DNA from: Terriglobia bacterium | Lineage (GTDB): Bacteria; Acidobacteriota; Terriglobia; 20CM-2-55-15 | Reading direction: 5' to 3' | Assembly (NCBI GenBank): GCA_963664115.2 | Contig: CAXWPJ010000002.1 | Location: 512,001 to 576,000, forward strand | Length of the DNA stretch: 64,000 nucleotides | Part shown: positions 26,602 through 36,972 of the stretch, piece after piece | How positions within the stretch are numbered: the first letter of the stretch is position 1 | How the letters are laid out: each line of letters opens with the position of its first letter | The notes under the pieces: generated by a model | The model's database searches: none | Told to the model about the DNA's origin: nothing | The model's input: only the letters and a program-made list of their open reading frames with translations | Translations under genes and position numbers: made by a program

Positions 26602-29076
26602 CTAAGGGGTGCGATCGAACGCCTGCCGCAGCTCCTGGCCCAGTTCATCTGAGACCAGGAAGAGATCCTCGGGAAAGCTGCGATAGGCGGTCATGGCGTC
26701 GTAGATAATTGATTGATCAGAAAGGTCCAGTCCCATTCCAGCCAGGTACTGCAGTCGCAAATTGCGATCGCGATTGATCTCCGCGCCGGCCAGCCACGAA
26801 ACGAGGTCCGACGCCTGGCTGAGGTAGGTCGCAAGCAAGTCCAGGGCGGAGGAAAATCCAACCGCCTGCAGGGAGCGATTTACGTTGACATGGTCGCTGC
26901 GACCCAGCCGGCGGTCGATTGCGTCGACGTCGATCGTGGGGGCAGCATCCTTGCCCAGAAGCACGACGTCATAACCCGTTCCCGCGAGGTCGTTGCTCCA
27001 GACCGTTCCGTCTGGAAAGACTTCAAAGAACGTCGCGATCTCGCTCTTCACGACTTCCATGCTGCTCTCATACAGTGGCACCCATTGCGAGATGACACCT
27101 CCGGGGTTCAGATGCTGCCTCGCGAGCTCGAAGTACTCGCGGGTGTACAGCGCGGCCGCGCCTTTGACCCAGGGATGGATGGGATCCGAGGTGATGATGT
27201 CGAACTTCTCGTCGGATGTGAGGATGTAATGACGTGCGTCGTCATAGATTACTTCGACGCGCGGATCCTCCAACACAGCGTTGTTTTCCGTTCGGAAGTA
27301 CCGCGAAACAACCTCGGGAATCAACGGTTCGATCTCACAGATGACAATTCTTTCGATGCCGGGATAATCGAGGAACGTTCCGGCGGTGATCCCCGCTCCG
27401 AAGCCAACGATTAGCACTGACCGCAGTTGCGGATGGTTCAGCGCGGGTAAATGTCCGAGCATCCGCTGAAGCCGCATATCCCGCGGCAGGGTCGAGGCTT
27501 CTATCTTGCCGCTGACATGAAAATTCCGACTGCGCCCGGATATTTCCGAAACGGCCACCGAAGCGTTCAAACCCTCGCCGACATATAGAATGTTCGGAAC
27601 GAAACGCTCTTTGGTCTCTGCGTCTCTGAGCGCCAGGACCCGCGGTAGAGACCGACCGTAGGCGACCAGCGGTCCGGGCACCGGGGGTACGCTCAGGATG
27701 AGCATGACGGCGACCAAAAACGTTACAGCAACGGAGGCACCAACTCTAAGATCAAACTTGTTGTTGCGGAAGGGCCACACCACCGGCGCCAAAGTGAGCA
27801 ACGCAGCCAGAGCGGAAAGGCCGATGAGCGCCTGCTGTGCCCGCTGTGTGTCCCACACCGTGATGACAATGAGACTGAACGTCGTCGCGCCAACAATTGC
27901 GCCGACTGTGTTGGCCGCATAGATTCCGCCCACCAGTTTCCCGGCGTCACTACCGCGCGACGCGGCAGCTGCCAGTGCCAGCGGGAAACTCGCTCCCCAC
28001 AGGCAGGCGGCCGGCAGGATGGCCCAGGTGCAACGGAAGATATCCATTTGAAAATTAAACCATGGGCTGAGAGCCATCGTGGGATCGATTGGCCAATACG
28101 GAAGAGAACGCGTGAGCATGTACGCTGACCATGCAATCGCTGCGATCAGCAACAGCTGGCACACACCAAGTTCCAGCCGTGGATGCTTGCTCCAACGCGC
28201 GCGCATCGAGCCCACGCTGCTACCCACTCCGAGCCCCACGAGGAAAACTGCCAGGATAATTGAAAGGGTGTATACGGTACCGCCAAACATCAGCGACAAC
28301 AAGCGTGACCAGACGACCTGGGCTCCCAGCGCGCACAAACCCGACAGTGCGATCGCAATGTAAACTGTCCGGGATCCTGGAGCGGCGACCATGGTGGCTT
28401 CTGGCAATTCCGCCACTGAAGGGCGATAAAGCCTCGCTCTGGCCAACAAGAAGCTGATCAGCGCAACGCTCAGGTTGATCGCCGCAGCGACATAGGATGC
28501 GATGGCCATATCGTGGATTCTTAACAGGTAGAAGCCCGCCAGCAGTGAACCCAGGACCGCTCCCGCAATATTCGCTCCGTAAAAGAAGCCAAGCCGGGAG
28601 ATCCCCAGAGGAGTCGTTTCAACCCAACGCGCGATCGCAGGCAGCGTCGCACCCATCAGAATTGTCGGCGGGAGCAAGCAGATTCCCGAAACCATGCCCC
28701 GCAACAAGAATCCTGAGACTCCGTAACCGCCGATGCTCGTATAGAGGCTACCGAGGGAGGGCATCACGAACAGGACGAGCAGGCCGATGATCCCTATGCC
28801 AAGCTCCAGCAGGGCATAGACTTTCAATGGATGAAGTCGATCCGAGACGATACGGGGCAAGGCCAGGCTACCCAAACACATACCGCCCATGAAAGTTCCA
28901 AGTACGACGGCCAGGGAGACGGCAGACGAACCGACGACGAGCTGCAGCAGTTGGAACCAGACAATTTCGTATATCAGTGCCGCACAACCACTCCCGGCAA
29001 GCAACACGATCAGGAGAGCAATGGAGTGCTTAGGTTCGCTGAGATTTGATGGCTGGTTTCCTTGCATCTCGTTCAT
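26602..29076 (-). CDS. Fused MFS-like membrane domain / spermidine synthase-like SAM-binding protein
   Basis: Two TM repeats (ALIYEIVW, ALGAQVVW) followed by VGFGAGIT, CEIEP, DDARHY, FDIITSDP. Confidence 0.9.
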   Translation of the reverse strand: MNEMQGNQPSNLSEPKHSIALLIVLLAGSGCAALIYEIVWFQLLQLVVGSSAVSLAVVLGTFMGGMCLGSLALPRIVSDRLHPLKVYALLELGIGIIGLLVLFVMPSLGSLYTSIGGYGVSGFLLRGMVSGICLLPPTILMGATLPAIARWVETTPLGISRLGFFYGANIAGAVLGSLLAGFYLLRIHDMAIASYVAAAINLSVALISFLLARARLYRPSVAELPEATMVAAPGSRTVYIAIALSGLCALGAQVVWSRLLSLMFGGTVYTLSIILAVFLVGLGVGSSVGSMRARWSKHPRLELGVCQLLLIAAIAWSAYMLTRSLPYWPIDPTMALSPWFNFQMDIFRCTWAILPAACLWGASFPLALAAAASRGSDAGKLVGGIYAANTVGAIVGATTFSLIVITVWDTQRAQQALIGLSALAALLTLAPVVWPFRNNKFDLRVGASVAVTFLVAVMLILSVPPVPGPLVAYGRSLPRVLALRDAETKERFVPNILYVGEGLNASVAVSEISGRSRNFHVSGKIEASTLPRDMRLQRMLGHLPALNHPQLRSVLIVGFGAGITAGTFLDYPGIERIVICEIEPLIPEVVSRYFRTENNAVLEDPRVEVIYDDARHYILTSDEKFDIITSDPIHPWVKGAAALYTREYFELARQHLNPGGVISQWVPLYESSMEVVKSEIATFFEVFPDGTVWSNDLAGTGYDVVLLGKDAAPTIDVDAIDRRLGRSDHVNVNRSLQAVGFSSALDLLATYLSQASDLVSWLAGAEINRDRNLRLQYLAGMGLDLSDQSIIYDAMTAYRSFPEDLFLVSDELGQELRQAFDRTP

Positions 29077-29572
29077 CGAATGCGATACCGATCGGCCTTC
29101 GAAGACTGCCTCAGTCGCCCGCCCTGTCCTCTAAACGCCTCTTTCTGAGTGTTCTCACTGCAATCTTGACTTCAGGAGCGAACCGGATGCGGCCGGGCCA
29201 TGCATCATGAGCCGCCCGCAGGTCAGTGTAGTCAGAAAATTTGGCAATTGAAAACGAAATGTCGGATGAAGCCGAGAGCCTTGTGAGTCCTGGGGTCAAA
29301 GCGATGGGGGGACTCGGAATGCTCGTGCGGTATCGCGACTCGGACCGGCAAGGTGGAGCGAAAATTAACGCGCTCCTCGGCCGCAAGGACGCAGTCGAGC
29401 GCAAAGATGCGGAAACTTGTCAATTTTGCTCTGACTATCCATACTAGGCATTCATCGAACAGGATTGAGGTTGTGGCGCTGGGAACAGCCAGGAAGCGCC
29501 AATCCACGACCCGCATCGCTCGATCTCGAAATAGACATTTTCCGATACGATGGAGTCCGAACAAGGAGCCTC

Positions 29573-30052
29573 ATGAATAAAGTCAAATCTGTATCTCTTG
29601 TTGTCGCGCTCGTCCTGCTGACGGGTACTTCCCTTCTCGCACAGAGGGGAGCGCCGCCGCCCTCCGTCCCGCAGGCCATGCAGGACGCGGCGAATAGAAT
29701 CGTTGCATTGGTAAACAATCAGAATGCAAATGGTCTGGAAACCATGACGGCCGAAGGCGCCCTCTATCTCGATGAAGACGGCCATGCGCTACCGGTGACG
29801 GCATGGATAGGCAAAATTACCGGCGGCGAAGTCTCGAAGGAACTCGCAATCTCCGGCATGCGCGGCCAGGTCATGGGCAACACGGGATGGGTTTCTTTCA
29901 ATTACACACTGAACGAAACCTTCGAGAATGCACCCGTAGTGTTGACAGGAACGGCGAGCGTCGTGTTACAGCAGGCGGGTGGAAACTGGATGATCCAGAT
30001 GGTGCATGGCGCCCTGGAACAGCACGTTCGCGCCATCGCCGCTCAGGACTAG
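29573..30052 (+). CDS. Secreted NTF2-like (DUF4440/SnoaL) protein
   Basis: AAGGAG RBS, signal peptide, GNTGWV...VLQQAGGNWMIQMVH ending. Confidence 0.75.
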   Translation: MNKVKSVSLVVALVLLTGTSLLAQRGAPPPSVPQAMQDAANRIVALVNNQNANGLETMTAEGALYLDEDGHALPVTAWIGKITGGEVSKELAISGMRGQVMGNTGWVSFNYTLNETFENAPVVLTGTASVVLQQAGGNWMIQMVHGALEQHVRAIAAQD

Positions 30053-30118
30053 CGACGACCTTATTCGGTCAAGGGAAGTGGACCGGCCCCACTTCCCACC
30101 CGGTTCCCGGATCAGACC

Positions 30119-30229
30119 ATGAGTGACAAACCCGAAGGCGATCTGCGATCGCTCTGGATCTTCCCCGTCGGTCTCCTCCTGTACATGGCCGTCCTGGCCG
30201 TGATCGGATATTTCGTCTTCCTGCGCTAG
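30119..30229 (+). CDS. 36-aa single-TM small protein
   Basis: MSDKPEGDLRSLWIFPVGLLLYMAVLAVIGYFVFLR*; its stop lies in the IS1380 target site. Confidence 0.5.
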   Translation: MSDKPEGDLRSLWIFPVGLLLYMAVLAVIGYFVFLR

Positions 30230-32078
30230 TCCCAAAACAAGCGCATAACCAGTCCGCCGAGGCCCAGTTCGCGCCGATAGAATTCGAGGCATAGAATCCC
30301 GTTCCCGGATGGCCTGTTCCAGGTATCGAGTTTCTGTTGAATCTGTTTCAGTTCAGCCTCGCTGGTGTTGGACGGTTGACAGAAACCGGGACCTCGATCG
30401 CCCGGGCTCAGAGTCATGATCGGGTCAACATCGCAGAGGCTGACGCAACACATCCACCCCGCGGAACAAGACCGGCAACCACCGGTTCCAGGCCAGGATC
30501 CGGAACAGAATGCGCCGCCCGGTGCGCACGAGTTGGCACGGCACAAGCATGAAAGCGTTCAAGAAGGTTTTGAACTCCATGCGCAGCACGGTTTGCTTCT
30601 CAGCCTGATATTTTTGGCCCCAACGTCCGGTTTCGGGAAGCAGCAATGCAAACCACGCTTTCAGTGTCCAGGCCAGTGACGCGATCACCATGTAGGCCCA
30701 GTTGCTGGTCTGATCTCCGACCGGCATCCGCAACGCCTGAACGCCGTTCTTCAACTGCTCAATGAGATTCTCCTGATTGCACCGTTGATTGGCACGCATC
30801 ACAATCTGGTCGGCCGGATCCGAACGGTTGGTAATGTAGAAGAAGTACCGGATGTCGTCAAACAACACCTGCTCTCCTTTGGCCACCGACAGATTCTTCC
30901 GCACCACGACGACACGGTAGTCCCGATCGCAGGCTCCGGGTCGATACCGAAACTCGGCCACATCCTCACCCTGCAAGCGGATATTGTCGAAACCGCGCTG
31001 CCGAACGATCTCTTCCTTCACGTTGTCGGGACGTTGGCGCGGTTCGGTCGCCACGTCGTATTTCGCGGGCCGTTCCAGGCGCTTCCACTGGCGCGGCTCC
31101 AGTTCATCGGCCCGGGCCTTCAGGTTCGCCATCGCGTCAATCCCGAATATGAAACCCACCTGCTGGTCGTCCCATCCGTCCAGATGCCGGGTCTGGCTGA
31201 AGTCCGTGTCCCCGCGCAGCAGGATCTGGCGAAACCCCGCATGCCGGCACAATGCGATGGCTTGGTCGAACCGGACCGCGGCTCCTTCATGCGACGGCCG
31301 GTTGCCGCTACGATTGACCAGATACAGCGGTTCGGCGGTGTTGGCCAGCGAGATCATCAGCGGGTGATATCCCCACGTCCCGTCGTAGGCCACGTCCATC
31401 CCTTGCTTGCATTCCCCCGTGGTTTCGGCCAGTGTCCCGTCCGCGTCCAACACCGCTTCTTCGAAAAACGCCGCCGGTTGCTGTCGCCAGACTCCGAGCC
31501 GGACTTGATTGGTTGCCTCCATCAGACACTCCACGTCGTCGGCCTCGAATCTCCGGCAGAAGTCTCCCGCCGTCGTCGGATCCGGAATCCGTTGCGCTCC
31601 CAGCGCATCCAGATACACCGCATCGTTGCGCCGCAGTTCGATGTCTTCCAGGCACGTTCCTCCGCTCAAGGCGTTGTAGGCGATGTTCAGCACGTGATCC
31701 GACTCGTGATACGGCAGGTGCCGCTTCAACACATGCACGCCCTTGTCGATGGCTTCGATCAGCCCGGTCCGCCGCGCCACCAGTTGCATCGTCCCGATAC
31801 CACCAACCGATGTGCCCCGCGTCCGCTCTCCCATCTCGTACTGAATGTTGCTCGCCGAAAACATCGGCTCTACCTGATCCGTCCAATGCCGGTCCCCAAG
31901 CCGACGTTCGATTCGCCGCTTGCGGTTCCTCATGTTCTTGCGCGTATAATCGTTCATCTGAAATGCCTCCTTTTCCGAAGAATCTGTTCAAGGTTTTTTT
32001 CGCACGGAGAGGGGGCATTTCGGGTACTTCCGCTCTTATTGCACTATCATTTCCTCGTCAATCACGCTTGTTCAGGGG
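30230..32078 (-). mobile_element. IS1380-family insertion sequence, 1849 bp
   Basis: CTAG duplication at 30226-30229 and 32079-32082; imperfect IRs TCCCAAAACAAGCG / CCCCTGAACAAGCG (11/14). Confidence 0.88.
30425..31957 (-). CDS. IS1380-family transposase
   Basis: PDPTTAGDF, LDADGT, GYHPL, LLRGDTDF, RCNQENLIEQLK, SNWAYM. Confidence 0.93.
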   Translation of the reverse strand: MNDYTRKNMRNRKRRIERRLGDRHWTDQVEPMFSASNIQYEMGERTRGTSVGGIGTMQLVARRTGLIEAIDKGVHVLKRHLPYHESDHVLNIAYNALSGGTCLEDIELRRNDAVYLDALGAQRIPDPTTAGDFCRRFEADDVECLMEATNQVRLGVWRQQPAAFFEEAVLDADGTLAETTGECKQGMDVAYDGTWGYHPLMISLANTAEPLYLVNRSGNRPSHEGAAVRFDQAIALCRHAGFRQILLRGDTDFSQTRHLDGWDDQQVGFIFGIDAMANLKARADELEPRQWKRLERPAKYDVATEPRQRPDNVKEEIVRQRGFDNIRLQGEDVAEFRYRPGACDRDYRVVVVRKNLSVAKGEQVLFDDIRYFFYITNRSDPADQIVMRANQRCNQENLIEQLKNGVQALRMPVGDQTSNWAYMVIASLAWTLKAWFALLLPETGRWGQKYQAEKQTVLRMEFKTFLNAFMLVPCQLVRTGRRILFRILAWNRWLPVLFRGVDVLRQPLRC

Positions 32079-32091
32079 CTAGGTGGACACT

Positions 32092-34401
32092 ATGGAACGG
32101 GCACTTCATTCCTCCAGGTCTCGAACGCGAAACAGATTCAAGTATGCGACCGTTTCCGTTTTAACCCTGTTCCTGATCAGTTGTACGCCGACGCTTCGCC
32201 AACCTACGCCCACCACCGGGCCTCTGGCCGTACTGCGGCCGGAGACGCTGGCCGATCAGGTGGAAGTCATTCGCACAGACTATGGTGTGCCGCACATTTA
32301 CGCGGACAACCTCCAGGCACTGGGCTATGCGCTGGGTTACCTCCAGCTCGAAGATTACGGCAACCGCGTGGCGATGGGAATGGTCCGCGCCCGAGGCGAA
32401 CTGGCACGCTATCAGGGCCGGCGCGCACTGGACTCTGATTTTGAGAGCCGGCCGTACTACCTGCGTGCGAGGGAAGTCTATTTCCAACTCGAACAAGGCA
32501 CTCGTGACGTCTACGAAGGCTTCGCGGCCGGGGTCAACCGTTACATCGAAAGCTACCCGGAGGAGTTCCCTTCATGGATGCGTCCCCAGTTCACTGGCCA
32601 TGATGTAGCGGCACTCTATGTTTATCGGCCTAATCCGCGCCAGGTGCGGCGCTGGATCGAGCGCATTCGAGCTGCGGATGAAGCCCCCCTGCTGAACCCG
32701 GGCCTAAACCCAGGGCAAGAATTGGCGCTCGGTGGGAATCAAAGGAAAGAATCCGCCCAGCATAGCTGGGACACGCAAAGCTGGGACGTCTCTATAGAAG
32801 AAGGCTCCAGTGCCTGGGCTCTGGCCCCGGACCGTACGGTCTCAAACGCCGCAATTCTGATGCGCAACCCACACCTGGGCTGGGATGCGGGCTACTGGGA
32901 GGTCCACGCCGTCATCCCCGGCCGACTGGATTTTTATGGCGACTTCCGTATCGGAGGTCCCCTGGGGATCATCGGTGGATTTAACTCCCAGCTCGGCTTC
33001 GCGACGACGAACAACTCGGTGAACAGCACGGAAGTCTACGCGCTGGAAGCCGATCCGGACCGGGAGGATCACTACCTGCTCGACGGCACGTCCGTACCAA
33101 TTCTTAGCGAATCGCTGACGCTGGCCTATCGCGACGGCGATGGATACTCCATGGAGACGCGGGAACAGCTCTCGACCCCCGTGGGTCCGGTCATCTATCA
33201 GAAGCACGGCCGAGTCTATGTGCTCCGGACGCCACAAGACGGCGAGTTCCGCGCCGGTGAGCAGTTCCTCAGGCTGATCCAGGCGACGAACCTGGAGGAG
33301 TGGACCGAGGCGATGCGCTTACGCGCTCACCCGGGCTCCAACTTCACCTACGCGGACGCCGAAGGTAATATCTTCTATATCTGGAACGCAGCCATTCCTG
33401 TCCGCCCACATCCGCCGGGCGGAAATCTGGCAGTCCCGGTCACGCGGATGGATCAGATCTGGACTGAGCTGCACGACCTGGAATCCTTACCCCAAATCTT
33501 AAACCCGGAAGGCGGCTACCTCCGGGACGAGAATGACGGGCCATGGTTCGCTAACATGCGCGAGCCTCTCGCTCCGGACGACTATCCCGACTACTTCGAA
33601 GAGAACGAGTTCGGACTGCGCAGTCAGCACTCCGTTTTGCTGTTAGACAATGACAGCCGCGTTTCGCTCGAGGATGTCGTCCGGCTCAAACACAGCTACC
33701 GCATGCTCCTGGCGGACCGCGTCAAGAACGCACTGATTCAGGCAGTTCGCGAGCTCGACCAGACGATACCCGGGGCGCATGAAAGCAGGGGTGAAGCGAT
33801 CGCCTTGCTGGAAGCCTGGGACAATACGGCGACCCCCGAGAGCCGGGGATCGGTGCTCTTCACCGAATGGTGGCGGATCTACACCGAGACTCTCGGAGCT
33901 GCGGATGGAGGCGGGAACGCCGACGACCCGGAACTGTTTGCCGAAGAGTGGACCGCAGAACGACCGATGGATACGCCTCGCGGTCTGGCGTATCCGGATC
34001 TCGCTGCTCGCCTGTTCGACGATGCCCTCGACGAAACAGTGCGGCGCTTCGGTTCTTTGGACGTCGCCTGGGGTACGGTCCACAGGGTCCGCCGCGGCAG
34101 CGTGGACGAACCGGTCGGGGGCTGCCCCGGTGCGCTGGGATGCTTTCGGGTCCTTAACTTCACGGACGATAGCGATGGCAGGCGCCATGTGGACGGCGGT
34201 GACGGGTGGGTCATCGCAGTGGAGTTTACGGATCCTCCCCGCGCCTATTCCATCCTCGGATACGGTCAGAGCGCGAGGGAGGACTCACCCCATTACGCCG
34301 ATCAGGCGGCTCTCTTTGCACGCGGCGAGATGAAGAGCGTGGCCTACACGCGAGAAAGCGTGGAGCGAAGGGCCATCCGCCGCTACCGGCCGGGATATTA
34401 G
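32092..34401 (+). CDS. Penicillin acylase family Ntn-hydrolase (lipoprotein)
   Basis: Lipobox LISC; RTDYGVPHIYA; EG|SSAWALAP beta-subunit nucleophile; NPHL; YGQS...SPHYADQA. Confidence 0.93.
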   Translation: MERALHSSRSRTRNRFKYATVSVLTLFLISCTPTLRQPTPTTGPLAVLRPETLADQVEVIRTDYGVPHIYADNLQALGYALGYLQLEDYGNRVAMGMVRARGELARYQGRRALDSDFESRPYYLRAREVYFQLEQGTRDVYEGFAAGVNRYIESYPEEFPSWMRPQFTGHDVAALYVYRPNPRQVRRWIERIRAADEAPLLNPGLNPGQELALGGNQRKESAQHSWDTQSWDVSIEEGSSAWALAPDRTVSNAAILMRNPHLGWDAGYWEVHAVIPGRLDFYGDFRIGGPLGIIGGFNSQLGFATTNNSVNSTEVYALEADPDREDHYLLDGTSVPILSESLTLAYRDGDGYSMETREQLSTPVGPVIYQKHGRVYVLRTPQDGEFRAGEQFLRLIQATNLEEWTEAMRLRAHPGSNFTYADAEGNIFYIWNAAIPVRPHPPGGNLAVPVTRMDQIWTELHDLESLPQILNPEGGYLRDENDGPWFANMREPLAPDDYPDYFEENEFGLRSQHSVLLLDNDSRVSLEDVVRLKHSYRMLLADRVKNALIQAVRELDQTIPGAHESRGEAIALLEAWDNTATPESRGSVLFTEWWRIYTETLGAADGGGNADDPELFAEEWTAERPMDTPRGLAYPDLAARLFDDALDETVRRFGSLDVAWGTVHRVRRGSVDEPVGGCPGALGCFRVLNFTDDSDGRRHVDGGDGWVIAVEFTDPPRAYSILGYGQSAREDSPHYADQAALFARGEMKSVAYTRESVERRAIRRYRPGY

Positions 34402-34827
34402 GGTCGGGGGAAAGCGGAGCCGATACCTCACGCCGGACGCCGGATTCTCGAATAAGAACACTCCCCCAAGGGACGGTTCGGCGTTTTGTCCGCCGAGAAA
34501 GGTAACGGACTCCGCCGACACCACACCCTCAAAAGGTTCCCCTCCAATTCGGGAGCTGTGTCTTCCTTCGACGAAGCGGGCCGGCGGACCCAGTACGAAG
34601 GTCATCGATAGCGTCATGCTGTCTTCGCCCCGCGTGAACACGCCGGTGGCTTCGACATCGGCACCTCGTCTCTGCCCCGACATGGACGCGACAACGACGG
34701 GCCCCAGCGCTATCCATTCTGTTTCTTCGAAACTCTCCAGGCCCGGATTCGCTGGTCCACAGGCCGACAGAAAAAGAATCGATGCGAGGGTTGGGGCCAA
34801 CCGCACAAAGGATGGAAGACGTTTCAC
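34285..34827 (-). CDS. Hypothetical lipoprotein
   Basis: Lipobox LFLSACG; GTGA overlap with upstream hydrolase; 3' end overlaps the acylase end. Confidence 0.6.
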   Translation of the reverse strand: MKRLPSFVRLAPTLASILFLSACGPANPGLESFEETEWIALGPVVVASMSGQRRGADVEATGVFTRGEDSMTLSMTFVLGPPARFVEGRHSSRIGGEPFEGVVSAESVTFLGGQNAEPSLGGVFLFENPASGVRYRLRFPPTLISRPVAADGPSLHAFSRVGHALHLAACKESRLIGVMG

Positions 34828-35654
34828 CCGAGTTCCGTGGCTACGCCTGAGTGAAGCGACAGGAACGCGGATACCGCTTCGTTGAACCGCTCCGGACGTT
34901 CAAGATTCGAAATGTGGCCGGCTCCCGGAATGAGGACCAGTTGCGCACCCGGAATTCGCTGGGCCATTTTCCGGGCAATGGACACGGGCGTCAATCGATC
35001 CAGTTCTCCCGACACCACCAAAGTGGGGACTGCTATGTCTTCCAATTCCCCAACGGCGTCTTGCAAAGCCAGGGCCCGGGCGGTTTTTACGTAGGAATCC
35101 GTGCGCAGGTTGGACAGGCTTTCCAACAGAAGCGTGAGCGCGGTCTCTGGCGCACCGGGCGCCAGCAACGATGCGGCAGATGAGGGAGCCAGTTCGGCCG
35201 GTGTGGCGCCCTCGCCGAGTGGTTCGATTCGAGCGGACAGAAAGCCTTTGACAGCATCATCTCCCAGAGCGCGAAAGCTTGGAAACGTATCGGCCAGCAC
35301 CAGGCTGGCTACACGCTGGGGGTGAGCGAAATAGAAACACTGGGCGATCATCCCTCCCATTGAAAGACCTACGAGATGAACCCGCCGAGCGCCGAGGTCA
35401 TCGAGTGTCGCGAGAAGATCGCCGGCGAAATCGCGGGCAAACACGAGTTCGCCTTCATGATCTTCGCTCTCGCCGTAGCCCGGAGCGTCCCACGCCATAG
35501 CCCGATGCGTTTGACCAAAATGAATGAGCTGCGGGGACCAGTTCTCTTTCGTACTTCCCAAGCCATGGAGAAACATCACGGCCTCACCCTCGCCTGAAGT
35601 CGCTACGGAAATTCGAGGCGTCGTCGGGAGCAGTCTGGATGCAACTCTAGCCAC
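34824..35654 (-). CDS. Alpha/beta hydrolase (enol-lactonase-like)
   Basis: FLHGLG, DAPGYG, GLSMGG, SGELD, GAGHIS; GTG 35654 overlaps the cupin gene end. Confidence 0.9.
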   Translation of the reverse strand: MARVASRLLPTTPRISVATSGEGEAVMFLHGLGSTKENWSPQLIHFGQTHRAMAWDAPGYGESEDHEGELVFARDFAGDLLATLDDLGARRVHLVGLSMGGMIAQCFYFAHPQRVASLVLADTFPSFRALGDDAVKGFLSARIEPLGEGATPAELAPSSAASLLAPGAPETALTLLLESLSNLRTDSYVKTARALALQDAVGELEDIAVPTLVVSGELDRLTPVSIARKMAQRIPGAQLVLIPGAGHISNLERPERFNEAVSAFLSLHSGVATELG

Positions 35655-36663
35655 CGGGCTGTTCTCTCCAGCACCCCAAACGTTCCTGTGCCCCTTGGTC
35701 TGAGAACGAGAACAGGACCGCATCCGCGCTGACTTGATGCGAGTAAGCTTCCCATGTTGGCAGCACGAACACGTCGTTCTCGGACCAATCGATCGAGGTT
35801 GATTCCAGCCGGGTACACCCGCTGCCGCTGACCACGACGCACACGACGCTGTCGGAGGACCGATAACGTTCCCCGCTGAAGTCACCGGGGAAATAGCTCA
35901 GATATGCGGCCATGGTGGGCAAGGGGTCGCTGCCGGTCGTTGGATCGAGATATCGAAGACGATATCCGTGCGAGGGATGGGCAGTACCCGATTGGCAGTG
36001 GCCATCCAATCGACGCTTCATCGTGACCCACTCGTAATGCCAGTACGGCGTATCGGTCGAATCATCGGGTGCGAAAGGCTTTCCGGGACGAACCTCGGGC
36101 TGTTCCGTCTCCCTTGAGGATTCAAAGAAGGTGGCATCGAATAGCTTGACGATGGCGTTGTCCACGCCGTCAAGCCATATCACTTGATTCCCGGAATCGT
36201 TCACGTGGCCATGCCACGTCCAGGGTGGGGTGACGATCAGATCGCCCGGACGCATCGGAACTTCGCGACCGTTGAGTATCGTCGCGGCGCCTTCACCGCT
36301 TAGGACGAATCGAAATGCGCTCTGAGAGTGACGGTGCTCGGAGGTGCGCTCACCGGGCAAGAGTAGCTGCAAACAGGCGTAGAGAGTTTGTGTCGTCCCA
36401 GAAAATGGTGGAAGCGCCGGGTTGTTACAAACCAGTACCCGCCGATCCGCGAACTCCGGGGACACTTTCCTGCCGATCTCATGTAACAACGGCAAGACGG
36501 TGGCGGCGGGCCAATGTGCCGGAACAAGCCGGGGATGGGGTTGGGCGGGGATATACGAACTGGAGTCAATCCATAAAGGCTGAAGATGGGCCTCCCGGAC
36601 AGCGGTATACAGTTGTTTCAGATCACCATCGTCTGCCATGTCGGGTTCCTTCGCGACGGACAC
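35647..36663 (-). CDS. Gentisate 1,2-dioxygenase-like bicupin
   Basis: ADRRVLVCNNP, TQTLYACLQLLLPGE, HRHSQSAFRF, TPPWTWHGH, WLDGVD, LFSFSD. Confidence 0.88.
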   Translation of the reverse strand: MSVAKEPDMADDGDLKQLYTAVREAHLQPLWIDSSSYIPAQPHPRLVPAHWPAATVLPLLHEIGRKVSPEFADRRVLVCNNPALPPFSGTTQTLYACLQLLLPGERTSEHRHSQSAFRFVLSGEGAATILNGREVPMRPGDLIVTPPWTWHGHVNDSGNQVIWLDGVDNAIVKLFDATFFESSRETEQPEVRPGKPFAPDDSTDTPYWHYEWVTMKRRLDGHCQSGTAHPSHGYRLRYLDPTTGSDPLPTMAAYLSYFPGDFSGERYRSSDSVVCVVVSGSGCTRLESTSIDWSENDVFVLPTWEAYSHQVSADAVLFSFSDQGAQERLGCWREQPGG

Positions 36664-36972
36664 GAACTACTTGCCGGATGGCCCTCGATCGCGGGCCGTC
36701 AAGCCGGTCGCAATTATCAATTGTATCTTGCCGGTAGGCATAACTGCACCTCACAGTCAGTCCCTCGTGCAGCACTCGAATCGAAGTGGATTCGGAAGGC
36801 GGCACACCTCGGCATCGTTTATCAAGCGAATCGAGGAAATTGACTGCTTATTGAGGCGGTGCTAGTGTGAACCCGGCGCCGAGGCGCGGTGAAAATGAGC
36901 CGCTGCCCGTGGCCGCGCAAACTTCGAGTCGAATGCACCTGGACAATTACTGAAGGAGGATCAAAGAAGCGA

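Noticed and set aside
30073-30097. 9-bp hairpin after the NTF2-like gene
   Set aside because: No U-tract; cannot be called a terminator.
30785-32164. 459-aa plus-strand ORF
   Set aside because: Antisense to the IS1380 transposase and runs across the IS end.
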